A stretch of DNA of 64,000 nucleotides from a virus. The position numbers and the translations under genes were made by a program. Every line of letters begins with the position of its first letter. The first letter of the stretch is position 1. Positions 53,592 to 63,448 of the stretch are shown here, in pieces. The DNA lies in IMG/VR virus record IMGVR_UViG_3300024265_000043, positions 19,715 to 83,714 of that record; one strand, given 5' to 3'. The notes beneath the pieces are model-generated. The model saw nothing but the letters and a program-made list of their open reading frames with translations. It made no database searches and was not told the origin of the DNA.

Positions 53592-55502
53592 ATGAAACTA
53601 CTCTCAGCATATTACAAGAATTTCCAAAATCACGCAGATACCAAGATCGTATTTGATAATCTCCTAGATATTTTTCAGGGCGCAAACGAAGCTGGCAAAA
53701 CAGCCCTTCTGGATGGACTCAAGTTTCTGTTTACTGATAAATGCCGCGATGTGAAAATGGTTAAGGATCATCCTGTATTAATCAAGCATGGCGAACAATC
53801 GGCAGCGCTCGGATGTACGTTTGAACACAATGGTACAGAATATCAAATCAAAAAAACTATTGAGCATAATAAGTCTGGAGCGATATTTTATAAGGACGGC
53901 GATATTATAGCAGTCAAGCCAGGAGATGTAAAGGCAGAAATTCTCAAGGCGTTGGGGATCACTGAGGCTATGCTTGGATTCCTATTTGATGCATTTGCAT
54001 TATCCAAAGAGAAGCCCGAAGATTTGAAGAAAACCTTACAGGGTCTGTTTACATCAAGCGATCCAGAGGTCATGCGGCAATATCTGAGAGAGGAAATCAA
54101 ACAACTCGACGGTACCACGTACATGGATGAAATCCTTAAGCGATACTCCAGCGGCGGCGTAGAGGCAGCGAGCAAATATGCTATCGAACTTCGCCTTGGA
54201 TATAAACGTGAACTGAGGGACATGAAAGAACCTGAGAAGCCAAGCGTTTATCCCAGCAAGGACGAAGTTGAGATTGCGAAGGAAACCCTCGAAGCCTCAA
54301 AGAGTAGTAGAAATTCACTGGCTGGCGAGATTAAGAATAGCGCGAAAAGAGCCATGACCCTTGAAGTGGAAATTTCTCAATTGAAAGAAGCCACTCGTCC
54401 AGAGAAGCCCGTGAAACCTACGGCAACTCTTATTCCAATTGATGGTCTTCAGAAGTCTGCCGATGATACCGCAGTAATCTCAAATAATGCTCAAGTGGCG
54501 CTCAATGAATGGCGAGAGGAAAAAGAATCAAGTACAGATATTGGTGATCTCTCTAGTGCTGTACCATATCTGAAAAATATGGGAGATCGCATAAGTGATC
54601 AATCTCTAAAATCCATCGAAGATGAAATTTCGCAAAAAGCCGAAATGATAACCGCCTCGAATGAAGAAGGGGAATCCCTTCAGGATCTCTTCAATGATGC
54701 GCGTGGGGCGGAGATGGGGGCTGATCGGGCTTTAGTTCGGGTTGTTGAACAAAATGAAAATATCCAATCGGCTATTGATGGATACCAGTCAAGTCTTGAT
54801 CAATGGCAAGCATCTATTGATGCATTCGACAAATCAATCGAGGATAGATCAGAAGAACTCGAAAAATTGAACAAGATCCTTGATGGACGGACTGTTTCCA
54901 GTATTGATAAGACGATTGAGGAACTTGACCAAGAAATTGATGAAATGAACGCTGTTATCAATGCGGCGCAACACGCAGAAAGTTACAAAACCCGAATTCA
55001 GGAAATCTCCAAAGAGAAGGAACTTCTAACGAAGAAGATCAAGAATTGGAATTTCATCTGTGAATGCTTAGACCCCAAAAACGAGAAACTTGTTGCCCTG
55101 TTTAGTAGCGGGAAAGATGAATTTGATGAGATATTCGGTCGAATTAACACAGAATTGGGGCTTGAAGTCACTTTAAGGGCTGATTACACCTTCTTATCGA
55201 AGGAATATGGCAGTTCTGATGCAATGAAGCGGGTTTCACCATCGCGTCAGCTTCGTATCAGTGCGGCTCTTTTAATCGCTATTTGTCACCAAATTGGGTG
55301 GAAAACCATATTAATTGACTGGTTGGACGCTCTTTACGGTAATTCAAAGGAAGATATGATCAGAGTCCTGCTTGGATTAGACAAATACGGTATGAATACG
55401 CTGGCATTCTGTGCTGGCCCCGTTCAATATAAGGGGGAATTTCATCCAGATTGGGCAAAATACGTGAGGCCAGTCATTGATGGAGAGGTGGTGACGCTAT
55501 GA
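53592..55502 (+). CDS. SbcC/Rad50-like ABC ATPase with coiled coil
   Basis: KNFQNH, Walker A GANEAGKT, long coiled coil, degenerate signature and Walker B (VSPSRQ; ILIDWLD). Confidence 0.8.
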   Translation: MKLLSAYYKNFQNHADTKIVFDNLLDIFQGANEAGKTALLDGLKFLFTDKCRDVKMVKDHPVLIKHGEQSAALGCTFEHNGTEYQIKKTIEHNKSGAIFYKDGDIIAVKPGDVKAEILKALGITEAMLGFLFDAFALSKEKPEDLKKTLQGLFTSSDPEVMRQYLREEIKQLDGTTYMDEILKRYSSGGVEAASKYAIELRLGYKRELRDMKEPEKPSVYPSKDEVEIAKETLEASKSSRNSLAGEIKNSAKRAMTLEVEISQLKEATRPEKPVKPTATLIPIDGLQKSADDTAVISNNAQVALNEWREEKESSTDIGDLSSAVPYLKNMGDRISDQSLKSIEDEISQKAEMITASNEEGESLQDLFNDARGAEMGADRALVRVVEQNENIQSAIDGYQSSLDQWQASIDAFDKSIEDRSEELEKLNKILDGRTVSSIDKTIEELDQEIDEMNAVINAAQHAESYKTRIQEISKEKELLTKKIKNWNFICECLDPKNEKLVALFSSGKDEFDEIFGRINTELGLEVTLRADYTFLSKEYGSSDAMKRVSPSRQLRISAALLIAICHQIGWKTILIDWLDALYGNSKEDMIRVLLGLDKYGMNTLAFCAGPVQYKGEFHPDWAKYVRPVIDGEVVTL

Positions 55503-55864
55503 CTGACCAATACATCAAAATGTGCCAAGAGGCGAAAGAGATACAGGCGCTGTGGGAACCTATCAACGGAGATAGATATGGAAGTCCAAGAATAGATGCA
55601 CAATCCATAATGGACGATGCTATGCTAAGGGAGCCGATTGACAGAATTAAGAACGAATTAATCTGGCTTCCTCGAATTGAGGATTTGATAAAAATTTCAT
55701 CAGATGGAATCTTCGGATGTGACAGCGACGATCATTGGCTAGATGAATTTTATGGCTATAACGAGGTATTCCCAAATGCAAACGATTCAATCATTATTAG
55801 AATATTAAAATTTACCATGCTCAATTTATACAGCAAGTCTTGGAATGGCGAAACCTGGATATGA
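55499..55864 (+). CDS. Hypothetical phage protein (paralogue of 63843-64000)
   Basis: DQYIKMCQEAKEIQALWEP..GD...IWLPRIEDL. Confidence 0.6.
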   Translation: MTDQYIKMCQEAKEIQALWEPINGDRYGSPRIDAQSIMDDAMLREPIDRIKNELIWLPRIEDLIKISSDGIFGCDSDDHWLDEFYGYNEVFPNANDSIIIRILKFTMLNLYSKSWNGETWI

Positions 55865-56060
55865 TTCTATGGCTAATTGCAGGGCATGCAACCATTACAC
55901 ATTCAGGCACGGCAAGCCGTATTGTATTTTTGGAATATTCATGATTAATTGCCAGAAGTACGAAAAGAAGGCTGAGATCGTCGAGGCTATTCCCGTCGAA
56001 GGGCTTGACATTAAAAAATTTGTTGACAGACTGCATGACATGCAGGGTACAAAGGACTAG
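55845..56060 (+). CDS. Small Cys-rich protein
   Basis: CRACNH...C......C. Confidence 0.45.
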   Translation: MAKPGYDSMANCRACNHYTFRHGKPYCIFGIFMINCQKYEKKAEIVEAIPVEGLDIKKFVDRLHDMQGTKD

Positions 56061-56069
56061 GAGAAAATT

Positions 56070-56486
56070 ATGGATGAACTGGTAGAGCAAGCAGAATTCA
56101 TTGAGCATTATTACCCAATAGCTGCTCAGAGCAATAATGATTTTGTGAGAATAGCGCTAAGTATTCAGGCAATGATTGTTGCTTTAGATCTCAGCGATGG
56201 TGATATGATCATCAGTAATAGAGGGCTGGCAACGATTGATGTGGGAACAAGCACAATCGCCAGAGGTATGCGATATGCAACTGAAGTCCTTCAGATAACT
56301 GTTTCAAGCAGCGGAAAACGCGTTATTGTTGCTCAAGGAGGCAGAAAAAGAGCCGGAGATAATATATTATCTCAAATTGAAGATGTTGATTTATTTTGCG
56401 CCATTAAAAGGGCGAAAATATTGGGGATCAGAAAATCCAGATTTATGGCTATTGTTGAAGAGAAATGGAGAGAAATTAATGCTTAA
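56070..56486 (+). CDS. Divergent GntR/YtrA-like protein
   Basis: LSDGDMIISNRGLA..DVGTSTIARG and C-terminal AKILGI pattern match the GntR at 43748. Confidence 0.5.
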   Translation: MDELVEQAEFIEHYYPIAAQSNNDFVRIALSIQAMIVALDLSDGDMIISNRGLATIDVGTSTIARGMRYATEVLQITVSSSGKRVIVAQGGRKRAGDNILSQIEDVDLFCAIKRAKILGIRKSRFMAIVEEKWREINA

Positions 56487-56817
56487 GCAAATGCTGACTC
56501 TTACGTTTAAACAATACAAAGTGCTCGGCTCACTAATTGATGCCAATGCAGGTATATCGCCTATACAAAATAAAATGAAAATGAACGACTTTGAAGTATT
56601 GAGAAAACGTGGATTAGCAATATCTAGTAATCACTACGGCAGAAGAATCTATTTCATTGCCCCAAAATTTAACACGGATCATGTAATTGCCTATCAGAAT
56701 ATCAAATTTGAGACGGAATGTTGTAACGAACCTGGCAATCACGAATTCATTGCAGATGGGTATGTGCATTGTTTAGATTGCGACAATACGCACGCAAAAC
56801 TAAAAATGGTGAAATAG
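56479..56817 (+). CDS. Hypothetical protein
   Basis: GGAG RBS; C-terminal Cys cluster. Confidence 0.5.
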   Translation: MLKQMLTLTFKQYKVLGSLIDANAGISPIQNKMKMNDFEVLRKRGLAISSNHYGRRIYFIAPKFNTDHVIAYQNIKFETECCNEPGNHEFIADGYVHCLDCDNTHAKLKMVK

Positions 56818-56818
56818 T

Positions 56819-57121
56819 ATGGATAAAAAGAAACCCATTATGATTGATGATGTACTTTACGGAGGGATTGTAGAATTCTCCCAAGGTGAATTTGATGATC
56901 CCCCTGAAAACACCGATAAGACAAGGAAGCCCGAATTAGATGTTACGATTCGATGTGAATTTTATCGGCAAACAACGGCGGAAGAATGCGCAGCTACGCT
57001 GATGCTCTTATCATTAAATATTGATGAAATCGAAAAGCAAATAATGACAAATCTCACTGATAAAGGAATCAGAACGGCAGTGGCTGCACTTCAATTTCTC
57101 TTATCGCTACGGAGGATGTAA
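56819..57121 (+). CDS. Hypothetical protein
   Basis: ORF track. Confidence 0.5.
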   Translation: MDKKKPIMIDDVLYGGIVEFSQGEFDDPPENTDKTRKPELDVTIRCEFYRQTTAEECAATLMLLSLNIDEIEKQIMTNLTDKGIRTAVAALQFLLSLRRM

Positions 57122-57720
57122 TGAGTAAATATACAGAACAATTAATTGCACAGGGACAATCATTCAGAGGGTTCGCCTTTCTGTGCGCGAGAAAACTAAG
57201 CCCATTCATTTTTATGGCGGATCGACCAAGTTATGAGGAGCCGCCCGAAGAAATCAGTGGAGTGGATCCACAAGTTGAATCGGATTGCGAAGATGCCAAA
57301 GGCCTCATTAAAGAATTGTCAGGAATTGATTCCAAGGACATTGAGAAATATGTAGCGAAACGAATTAAAAAGGCGAAGAATCAATCCGCGCATGATATCA
57401 AATCTATTGATCAAGAGATTTATAAGCTGATGAATATGCAGGCGGAGACGTTGGAGTGGATTCCTGGCGGCGTGATAATGTCGCTTCGTCAAATAATGCT
57501 ATCAGAATTGTCCAGTGCGCTAACTGATGCGAATAAGCGAAGGACTGAATTGTATCTGTCTATGGCGGAAGATATTGTTCCCGAGAAGTATTTCCAATCT
57601 CTGATTGAGAAAGCATCCAGAGACCTCGCTGCCGCTGAGAGCAAATTGAACGCTGGCGAACAAGAGCGCGAAAGTTACAAAAAGTGGTATACGGATTTGA
57701 CAGACTCCTTGCCGAAATAG
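57121..57720 (+). CDS. Hypothetical helical phage protein
   Basis: ORF track; GGAGG RBS. Confidence 0.6.
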   Translation: MSKYTEQLIAQGQSFRGFAFLCARKLSPFIFMADRPSYEEPPEEISGVDPQVESDCEDAKGLIKELSGIDSKDIEKYVAKRIKKAKNQSAHDIKSIDQEIYKLMNMQAETLEWIPGGVIMSLRQIMLSELSSALTDANKRRTELYLSMAEDIVPEKYFQSLIEKASRDLAAAESKLNAGEQERESYKKWYTDLTDSLPK

Positions 57721-57913
57721 TTTAATCGTAAACCAAAATGAAAGGGTTAAGTGGATTGCTTGCCCGATTGGTTTAGCGACGAAGCCCCGGCCTTGCCATA
57801 GACATCATGTTCGGGGCAAATTTGAGGTCTTGTGACCAAGTACCTCAGAATAGTGAGCAGAGGGGGATATGTTTCGTAATGGTCGTATCCCCGCTCACAA
57901 AATTGGAGGAAAG

Positions 57914-58183
57914 ATGAGAGAGATAAAATTACAGCCCGCAATAAATAGAATGGCATTCGAGATTGATGGCGGTAACGGCGCTACTATAAGTGCTGTCCTT
58001 GAGCAAACAGGCAAGTCTACGAAAGTATCTTTGGAGGCATGGCGTTCGCCAGGGACGGTTTCTAAAATGAGCCCGCCCGTGCAATCAGATATGATTTTGT
58101 CTGCTAATCTTGGGGATGATTTTGAAATTGCAATATCAGTGGCAGAAAATATTATTGAACAACTATTAGGAATATGGGGATGA
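57914..58183 (+). CDS. Hypothetical protein
   Basis: GGAGG RBS before ATG 57914. Confidence 0.5.
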   Translation: MREIKLQPAINRMAFEIDGGNGATISAVLEQTGKSTKVSLEAWRSPGTVSKMSPPVQSDMILSANLGDDFEIAISVAENIIEQLLGIWG

Positions 58184-58650
58184 TATTAGCACTTGATTTA
58201 GGCACCAAAACAGGCTACGCTATTGGCGATAAAAAGGGCCCGATATCATCAGGAATGATGAATTTTGCCACCAAGCGCAATGAGGGCGGCGGGATGAGAT
58301 ACGTCAGGTTCTCCAGATGGTTGAAACATATAATCGCCCAACAGAGAATTACCGAGATATATTACGAGGAAGTCAGGCGTCACGCAGGTACTAACGCAGC
58401 TCACGTCTATGGTGGATTCATGTCTCACCTGACGGCGATCTGCGATGAGGTAGATAACGAGTTACCCTACCAGAGCATTCCAGTTGGAAGCATAAAAAAA
58501 CATGCAACAGGCCGAGGAAACGCTAGTAAGCCCGAGATGATCAGGGCGGCTATTACTAAGGGCTGGATGCCAAAAGGTAGCGAAGAAGACAACGAAGCGG
58601 ACGCGCTGCACATACTTGATTATGCAATAAATATATTGGGTGCCGAATGA
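58180..58650 (+). CDS. RuvC-like Holliday junction resolvase
   Basis: ILALDLGTKTG, YEEVRRH, KKHATGRGNASK.EM, DNEADA. Confidence 0.85.
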   Translation: MILALDLGTKTGYAIGDKKGPISSGMMNFATKRNEGGGMRYVRFSRWLKHIIAQQRITEIYYEEVRRHAGTNAAHVYGGFMSHLTAICDEVDNELPYQSIPVGSIKKHATGRGNASKPEMIRAAITKGWMPKGSEEDNEADALHILDYAINILGAE

Positions 58651-58964
58651 GCGTCTACACTATCGGCTATACAATGTCCTACGATGTGGGGCTTAAGGAT
58701 CTAGGCGAAAACTTTAAAAAGGCTGGCAGGGATATGGCGGTTCAAAGAAATCATATCCCCTCAGACTATCCGGGTGGCATCATATTTGAGACCGTTAAAT
58801 TGGCAGAAAAATATATTGAGGCAAAGCGACTTCGAGGCTATGCTATCTATGAAGTAGATGCCGATTGGAATAATGACTGTGAGATTGATGAGAATGACGG
58901 AGAACTTGCATTTTGGAAGCACTTGATGATAACAAGTCAGATATTGAGAAAAGTATGTCCATAA
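58647..58964 (+). CDS. Hypothetical protein
   Basis: ORF track; coupled. Confidence 0.55.
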   Translation: MSVYTIGYTMSYDVGLKDLGENFKKAGRDMAVQRNHIPSDYPGGIIFETVKLAEKYIEAKRLRGYAIYEVDADWNNDCEIDENDGELAFWKHLMITSQILRKVCP

Positions 58965-58983
58965 CAGCAACAATTGAGTTTAT

Positions 58984-59634
58984 ATGCTGAGAATCCTCTT
59001 TAAGATCAGTTTTTTGACATTAATCCTAAACGCGCAGGAAATACCTCCTGCCTACAAGATAGAAGCCCGTAATTGGTGGAATTCGGCCACTCAGGCGCAA
59101 AAAGACAACGCACTTGAGTATTCACGCTCCTTTGGCATAGATATCGGATCGAAAGCCATCCTTGAAACATCTGGCGGGAAGTATACCGATCATGGTGATG
59201 AGAAATCGTATGGGGATTTAGGTCTTAACATATCCTTATATCCATATCGAGCGCCAAAAGAATTTCAGGGAGCATTACAGCATTGGCTGGACAAAACAGG
59301 GATTGCCTTGCCAGTTATGAGCAAAAAAGCGTTTGTAGATTCGCTAAAGAATGGCTCAATGGCTTGGCATGGTCAACTTTGTAGAGATAAGCTTGATCAT
59401 GACATGTATTTGATGCGGAACAAGGGGAATAAGGACTTTGATGTTGCTTTCACTTACCCCGGGTGGAATCTGTGGGGTAAGAGAAAAATTGTTTGGATGA
59501 TAATGTCAAATCGAAGTGTGACCTCTATTGATGATGAAGTGTTGCTACATAAGTGGCGACGACGAACCCATCGGGCGCTTCTGGATTTGGCTTTTCAGGA
59601 ATTATTAAGAGGAGAATTGAAGAAATCACAATGA
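58984..59634 (+). CDS. Signal-peptide protein, possibly lysozyme/lytic-transglycosylase-like
   Basis: MLRILFKISFLTLILNA signal; AILETSGG and SYGDLGL resemble SLT motifs I and II. Confidence 0.4.
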   Translation: MLRILFKISFLTLILNAQEIPPAYKIEARNWWNSATQAQKDNALEYSRSFGIDIGSKAILETSGGKYTDHGDEKSYGDLGLNISLYPYRAPKEFQGALQHWLDKTGIALPVMSKKAFVDSLKNGSMAWHGQLCRDKLDHDMYLMRNKGNKDFDVAFTYPGWNLWGKRKIVWMIMSNRSVTSIDDEVLLHKWRRRTHRALLDLAFQELLRGELKKSQ

Positions 59635-59984
59635 TTAGAATATTAACCACCGTCGAAAAATGGTTTGAGAGAATGCTAAAAAAGGCTCCTTACTATTTGG
59701 TATCTGCGCCTGATGATTATTTGCAATCAAATTACAAAAGATACCGAGTCATATATTGGGATTCGGGTAAAGTCAAACTCGCTGATTTTCGCGACCCAAT
59801 GTATACGAGGTACGGGCCCGACGTTCTCGCCACAATGTCATCATTAAAGCCAACCGGATTATGGCAGCAACGCAGAGAAGGCATAACTGACGAAGAATAT
59901 TTATTTATGAAAAGGGTATTCTCAGATACTTGTAAACTTCCTCTATTTGATTTAAACACTCTTAGAAAAAAGGCAAGAGAATAG
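59631..59984 (+). CDS. Hypothetical protein
   Basis: ORF track; coupled. Confidence 0.5.
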   Translation: MIRILTTVEKWFERMLKKAPYYLVSAPDDYLQSNYKRYRVIYWDSGKVKLADFRDPMYTRYGPDVLATMSSLKPTGLWQQRREGITDEEYLFMKRVFSDTCKLPLFDLNTLRKKARE

Positions 59985-59985
59985 G

Positions 59986-60552
59986 ATGGATGCTCAAAAT
60001 GCTCAATACTATCTCATTTACTCAATACTCGTTGCTGGGAAGTCTGCCAAATTTGCTGAGAAGAAAACCAATCTTTTTGTATCCGGTCGAAACGATGACG
60101 AATCACCTTTTGATCTCATTCGCAGATTAATGCGGGACGATATCTTAATGGATTATCTCAAGGTGTGCAAAACTGGTTGCTATACCAAACTGAACAAAAC
60201 ATTTCGAGGCATTGTAAACCTTGATGCTCAAACCTGCGACCTCACCGAATTAGAGGCTATCCACGGGATCGGCCCAAAGACCTCTAGGTTCTTCATTATG
60301 TGGACGAGACCCGATGAGCGATATGCAGCACTCGATACACACATATTAAAGTGGCTGAAGTATCTTGGCTATGACGTTCCAAAATCAACGCCAAGCGGGA
60401 ATAAATATATGGAGGTACAAGAGATCTTCCTGAAAGAAGCAGACGAGAGGGGCAGGAGCCCGCAAGAACTTGATGGGCAGATTTGGGAACATTGCCAACA
60501 AGGATTGCAGCGCGGTGGCTATTGGCCTGAAGAATTAAAGAAAAAAGGATAA
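59986..60552 (+). CDS. HhH DNA glycosylase/AP lyase (OGG2-like)
   Basis: LEAIHGIGPKTSRFF (HhH with Lys), ALDTHIL (Asp), KY.E...F, ELD..IW. Confidence 0.75.
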   Translation: MDAQNAQYYLIYSILVAGKSAKFAEKKTNLFVSGRNDDESPFDLIRRLMRDDILMDYLKVCKTGCYTKLNKTFRGIVNLDAQTCDLTELEAIHGIGPKTSRFFIMWTRPDERYAALDTHILKWLKYLGYDVPKSTPSGNKYMEVQEIFLKEADERGRSPQELDGQIWEHCQQGLQRGGYWPEELKKKG

Positions 60553-60556
60553 AATA

Positions 60557-61093
60557 ATGGCGGAGAAAACGCTATCTCAATTCGCTGATGAGCATTATGA
60601 ATGGATTGAATCTGTTGGATGGGCTGGCGTTAGAACGCCTTTAGAAAGCCTAGGCAGAATTGGATCAGAAATTGGCGAACTCGTTAATGAGTGCCGTGGT
60701 GACAAATTGGGCGATGGGTTTGAAGCGGAATTATCCGATGTGATTTTGGCGTCCATTACTGCTATAAAAGAATCCCAGCGACTCAGTACCTTTGAAGATC
60801 GTGAAATTTGGATGATAGCCAAGAGATGTTATGAGAGCCGTTATTATCCTGAATTTGAAGTAAGTGAATTCCCCACAATATTCGGAGCAATCAGTTATGG
60901 ATTTGTGGTGCTAGGCAATGCAATCAATGAGCAGAATAGACGAGGGGATCAAGGTATAGTTGTGCATCGAATACACGAGATCATTAATTATTTTTTAGCA
61001 GTAGCTCACAAAGCAGGCATCAACATCAATGACGCCCTCACTGAGAAAATGGCAAAGAATCAGATCAAAGGCAATCGCGGGAGGAAGAAATAA
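60557..61093 (+). CDS. MazG-like nucleotide pyrophosphohydrolase
   Basis: SEIGELVNE.R...EAELSDV; C-terminal KMAKNQ.K; appears internally duplicated. Confidence 0.75.
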   Translation: MAEKTLSQFADEHYEWIESVGWAGVRTPLESLGRIGSEIGELVNECRGDKLGDGFEAELSDVILASITAIKESQRLSTFEDREIWMIAKRCYESRYYPEFEVSEFPTIFGAISYGFVVLGNAINEQNRRGDQGIVVHRIHEIINYFLAVAHKAGININDALTEKMAKNQIKGNRGRKK

Positions 61094-61341
61094 TGGCTAG
61101 AAAATATTACTTCGCCTCTTATGCAAAACATCATAAGAATGTAGCGTTGCGCGAAATGGCTGCGGAATTTTATAGCGTAGTAATTCATCAATATCATCCA
61201 ATAGAATTCATTGAGCGGTGCAATAAATTGCCTGGGGATCAGAGATATGTATTAATCAACTGGCAAGAAATGTCCACGGATTCAGGTAGGGGAGCCTACA
61301 AAAATCAATCAAATCGAATGATAAGATTTATAGAGGGATAA
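61093..61341 (+). CDS. Hypothetical protein
   Basis: ORF track. Confidence 0.5.
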   Translation: MARKYYFASYAKHHKNVALREMAAEFYSVVIHQYHPIEFIERCNKLPGDQRYVLINWQEMSTDSGRGAYKNQSNRMIRFIEG

Positions 61342-61342
61342 C

Positions 61343-61591
61343 ATGGAATTAAAAACCAAATTCAAATATATTTACTTCGAGAAAGTACATGACAGCGGCA
61401 AAACTTCGCGATGGGCTTGTTATAATAATAAGTCTCACGATTTGCTTGGAGATATTTATTGGTATTCAGGTTGGCGGCAATATTGCTTCTTCCCATCTTA
61501 TGAAACTTTTTTCAGCGGCGGATGCTTGGAGGATATTACATCGTTTATGAAAGAGCTGAGAACATTTGAATTAGAGGAGAGGGAGAAATGA
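61343..61591 (+). CDS. Hypothetical phage protein
   Basis: GKT..W....K....LG.I.WY..WRQYCFFP...T.FS..CL.DI. Confidence 0.6.
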   Translation: MELKTKFKYIYFEKVHDSGKTSRWACYNNKSHDLLGDIYWYSGWRQYCFFPSYETFFSGGCLEDITSFMKELRTFELEEREK

Positions 61592-61893
61592 ATATAGAAT
61601 ATGTTGAAAAATGCCCAAGATGCAACGGGGTTTCAGTTCAACCATATCAAATTCTATCTGATATTTTGAAGTCTCGTAAGATGTGGAAAATAGATTGCAG
61701 TGAATGCGCCTTGTCTATGATTATGGACGACAGGCAATCTCTTATTAAGGCATGGAACTCGCGTCCCGTAGAAAATGCTCTACAAGCCCATATCAAGGAA
61801 TTAGATGGACTTGTTCAACAGGCCGTTAATGGCGCAATTAATCCTAGGCTTTTAGTGGAGAAATTAAAATTAGTAAGGGAGCGCCAACCATGA
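61588..61893 (+). CDS. Lar-like zinc-ribbon protein
   Basis: CPRCNG...CSEC...AWNSRP; paralogue of 51122. Confidence 0.55.
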   Translation: MNIEYVEKCPRCNGVSVQPYQILSDILKSRKMWKIDCSECALSMIMDDRQSLIKAWNSRPVENALQAHIKELDGLVQQAVNGAINPRLLVEKLKLVRERQP

Positions 61894-62231
61894 GCAAGAT
61901 AACGGATATACCAAGTTTTGAAAAAGAAATGAATGGTGAAATTGATTCCCTCGTTGAAGATATTGAAGCCAGTATAGATAGAAGTTTAGAAGGCGATTAT
62001 GGCTTAGAAGGTAGCATTGAGGCAACCAAGGATAATATAGCAAATGCTGCTTGTTATCTTCAAAGAGCAATCATCGCCTCATTTTGGACTGATGGCGGCA
62101 TTAAGAATGGCGACGGAAAATATGTAATTGAAACCGAACGGAGCCAGCAACTCGTAATGATGAGCGCTGGCGGCTCAATGGGTTCGATTGCTGAGAGCAA
62201 AATCATACGTCATTTCAAGATGCCTTCGTAA
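61890..62231 (+). CDS. Hypothetical acidic protein
   Basis: ORF track. Confidence 0.5.
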   Translation: MSKITDIPSFEKEMNGEIDSLVEDIEASIDRSLEGDYGLEGSIEATKDNIANAACYLQRAIIASFWTDGGIKNGDGKYVIETERSQQLVMMSAGGSMGSIAESKIIRHFKMPS

Positions 62232-62293
62232 TATCATAATTAAGGGAATAAAATAATTCTTGCAAGTAAATAAGCAGAGTTGTAACATCACTT

Positions 62294-63448
62294 ATGCATA
62301 GAGGATTTACAGTCAAGATATATCCAAACAAGGCTCAAGAAGAGTTGCTTGGAAAAAATTTCGGGTGCTGTCGATGGGTTTATAATCATATGCTTGTTAT
62401 CAGTCAGAAAAAATATCATCGGACTGGAAAGACTTTAAGTGGTAGAGATATGCAATATTACTTACCTAAACTCAAAAAACAATATCCTTGGCTCGCAGAA
62501 GCGGGTAGCCAATCGCTTCAAATTGTTTGTCATAATTTGGCCGATGCATACAATCGTTTTTTTAAAGGTCTTGCGAAATACCCAAAATTTAGGAAAAAGG
62601 GTAGTAGAGGTTCTTTTACATGCATTAATAATTCGCGGATTAATGAAACGCATGTTCGTATCCCCAAAATTGGGGAAATCCGATATCGCGGTGGAGATAT
62701 ACCAAATGGGATTGCCAAAAGATTTGTTATAAATGAAAGAGCGGGAAAATATTATTGTTCAATATTATTTGAAATTCCCCAGAAAAAGCCCTCCCCACTT
62801 CCAATAGATAATATTTTGGGGATTGATCTTGGAATCACAGATATGGTAGTAACGAGCCAGGGGCTTTCTGTAAAATCTACTCGTCCTATGAAAGAGGCCA
62901 AATCCAAATTGCAAGCGGCATCTAAGGCTTATTCTCGAACTGAAATAGGGAGTAACCGTCGCAAAAAAGCAAAGCAAAAGTTAAAATTGCTCCACGAAAA
63001 AGTCGCGAATCAGCGCAAAGATTTTAATCATAAATTATCAAGAATGTTCGTTGATAAAGGCGATAACCAAGCCTTTGCCGTTGAGGATTTGAATATTAAG
63101 GGAATGATGTCAAATCATAAATTGGCTTTTCATATATCCGATATGGGATGGCATCAATTTCTTACTTTCCTAGAGTATAAGGCCGCTGCTGTTGGCAAGC
63201 ACGTTATAAAAGTGGATAGGTATTTCCCGTCCAGCAAAACCTGCTCTGTATGTGGACTTGTACTAGAATCTTTGCCGCTTAATATCCGAGAGTGGACTTG
63301 CGAATGCGGAAGTATTCATCATAGAGATATTAATGCTGCAATAAATATTGCTTATGAGGCGGCGAGGAACTCCGTCTCTAAGCGTGGAGATCAGGTAACT
63401 CCATCAATATTGATGGCTCCGATCAATGAAGCGCGAAGTCCCGCTTAG
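62294..63448 (+). CDS. tnpB: RNA-guided endonuclease TnpB (IS200/IS605 family), no adjacent tnpA
   Basis: KIYPN..Q....FGCCRWVYN; RuvC-I GIDLG, RuvC-II VEDL, zinc finger SSKTCSVCG...CECG, RuvC-III RDINAAINI. Confidence 0.93.
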   Translation: MHRGFTVKIYPNKAQEELLGKNFGCCRWVYNHMLVISQKKYHRTGKTLSGRDMQYYLPKLKKQYPWLAEAGSQSLQIVCHNLADAYNRFFKGLAKYPKFRKKGSRGSFTCINNSRINETHVRIPKIGEIRYRGGDIPNGIAKRFVINERAGKYYCSILFEIPQKKPSPLPIDNILGIDLGITDMVVTSQGLSVKSTRPMKEAKSKLQAASKAYSRTEIGSNRRKKAKQKLKLLHEKVANQRKDFNHKLSRMFVDKGDNQAFAVEDLNIKGMMSNHKLAFHISDMGWHQFLTFLEYKAAAVGKHVIKVDRYFPSSKTCSVCGLVLESLPLNIREWTCECGSIHHRDINAAINIAYEAARNSVSKRGDQVTPSILMAPINEARSPA

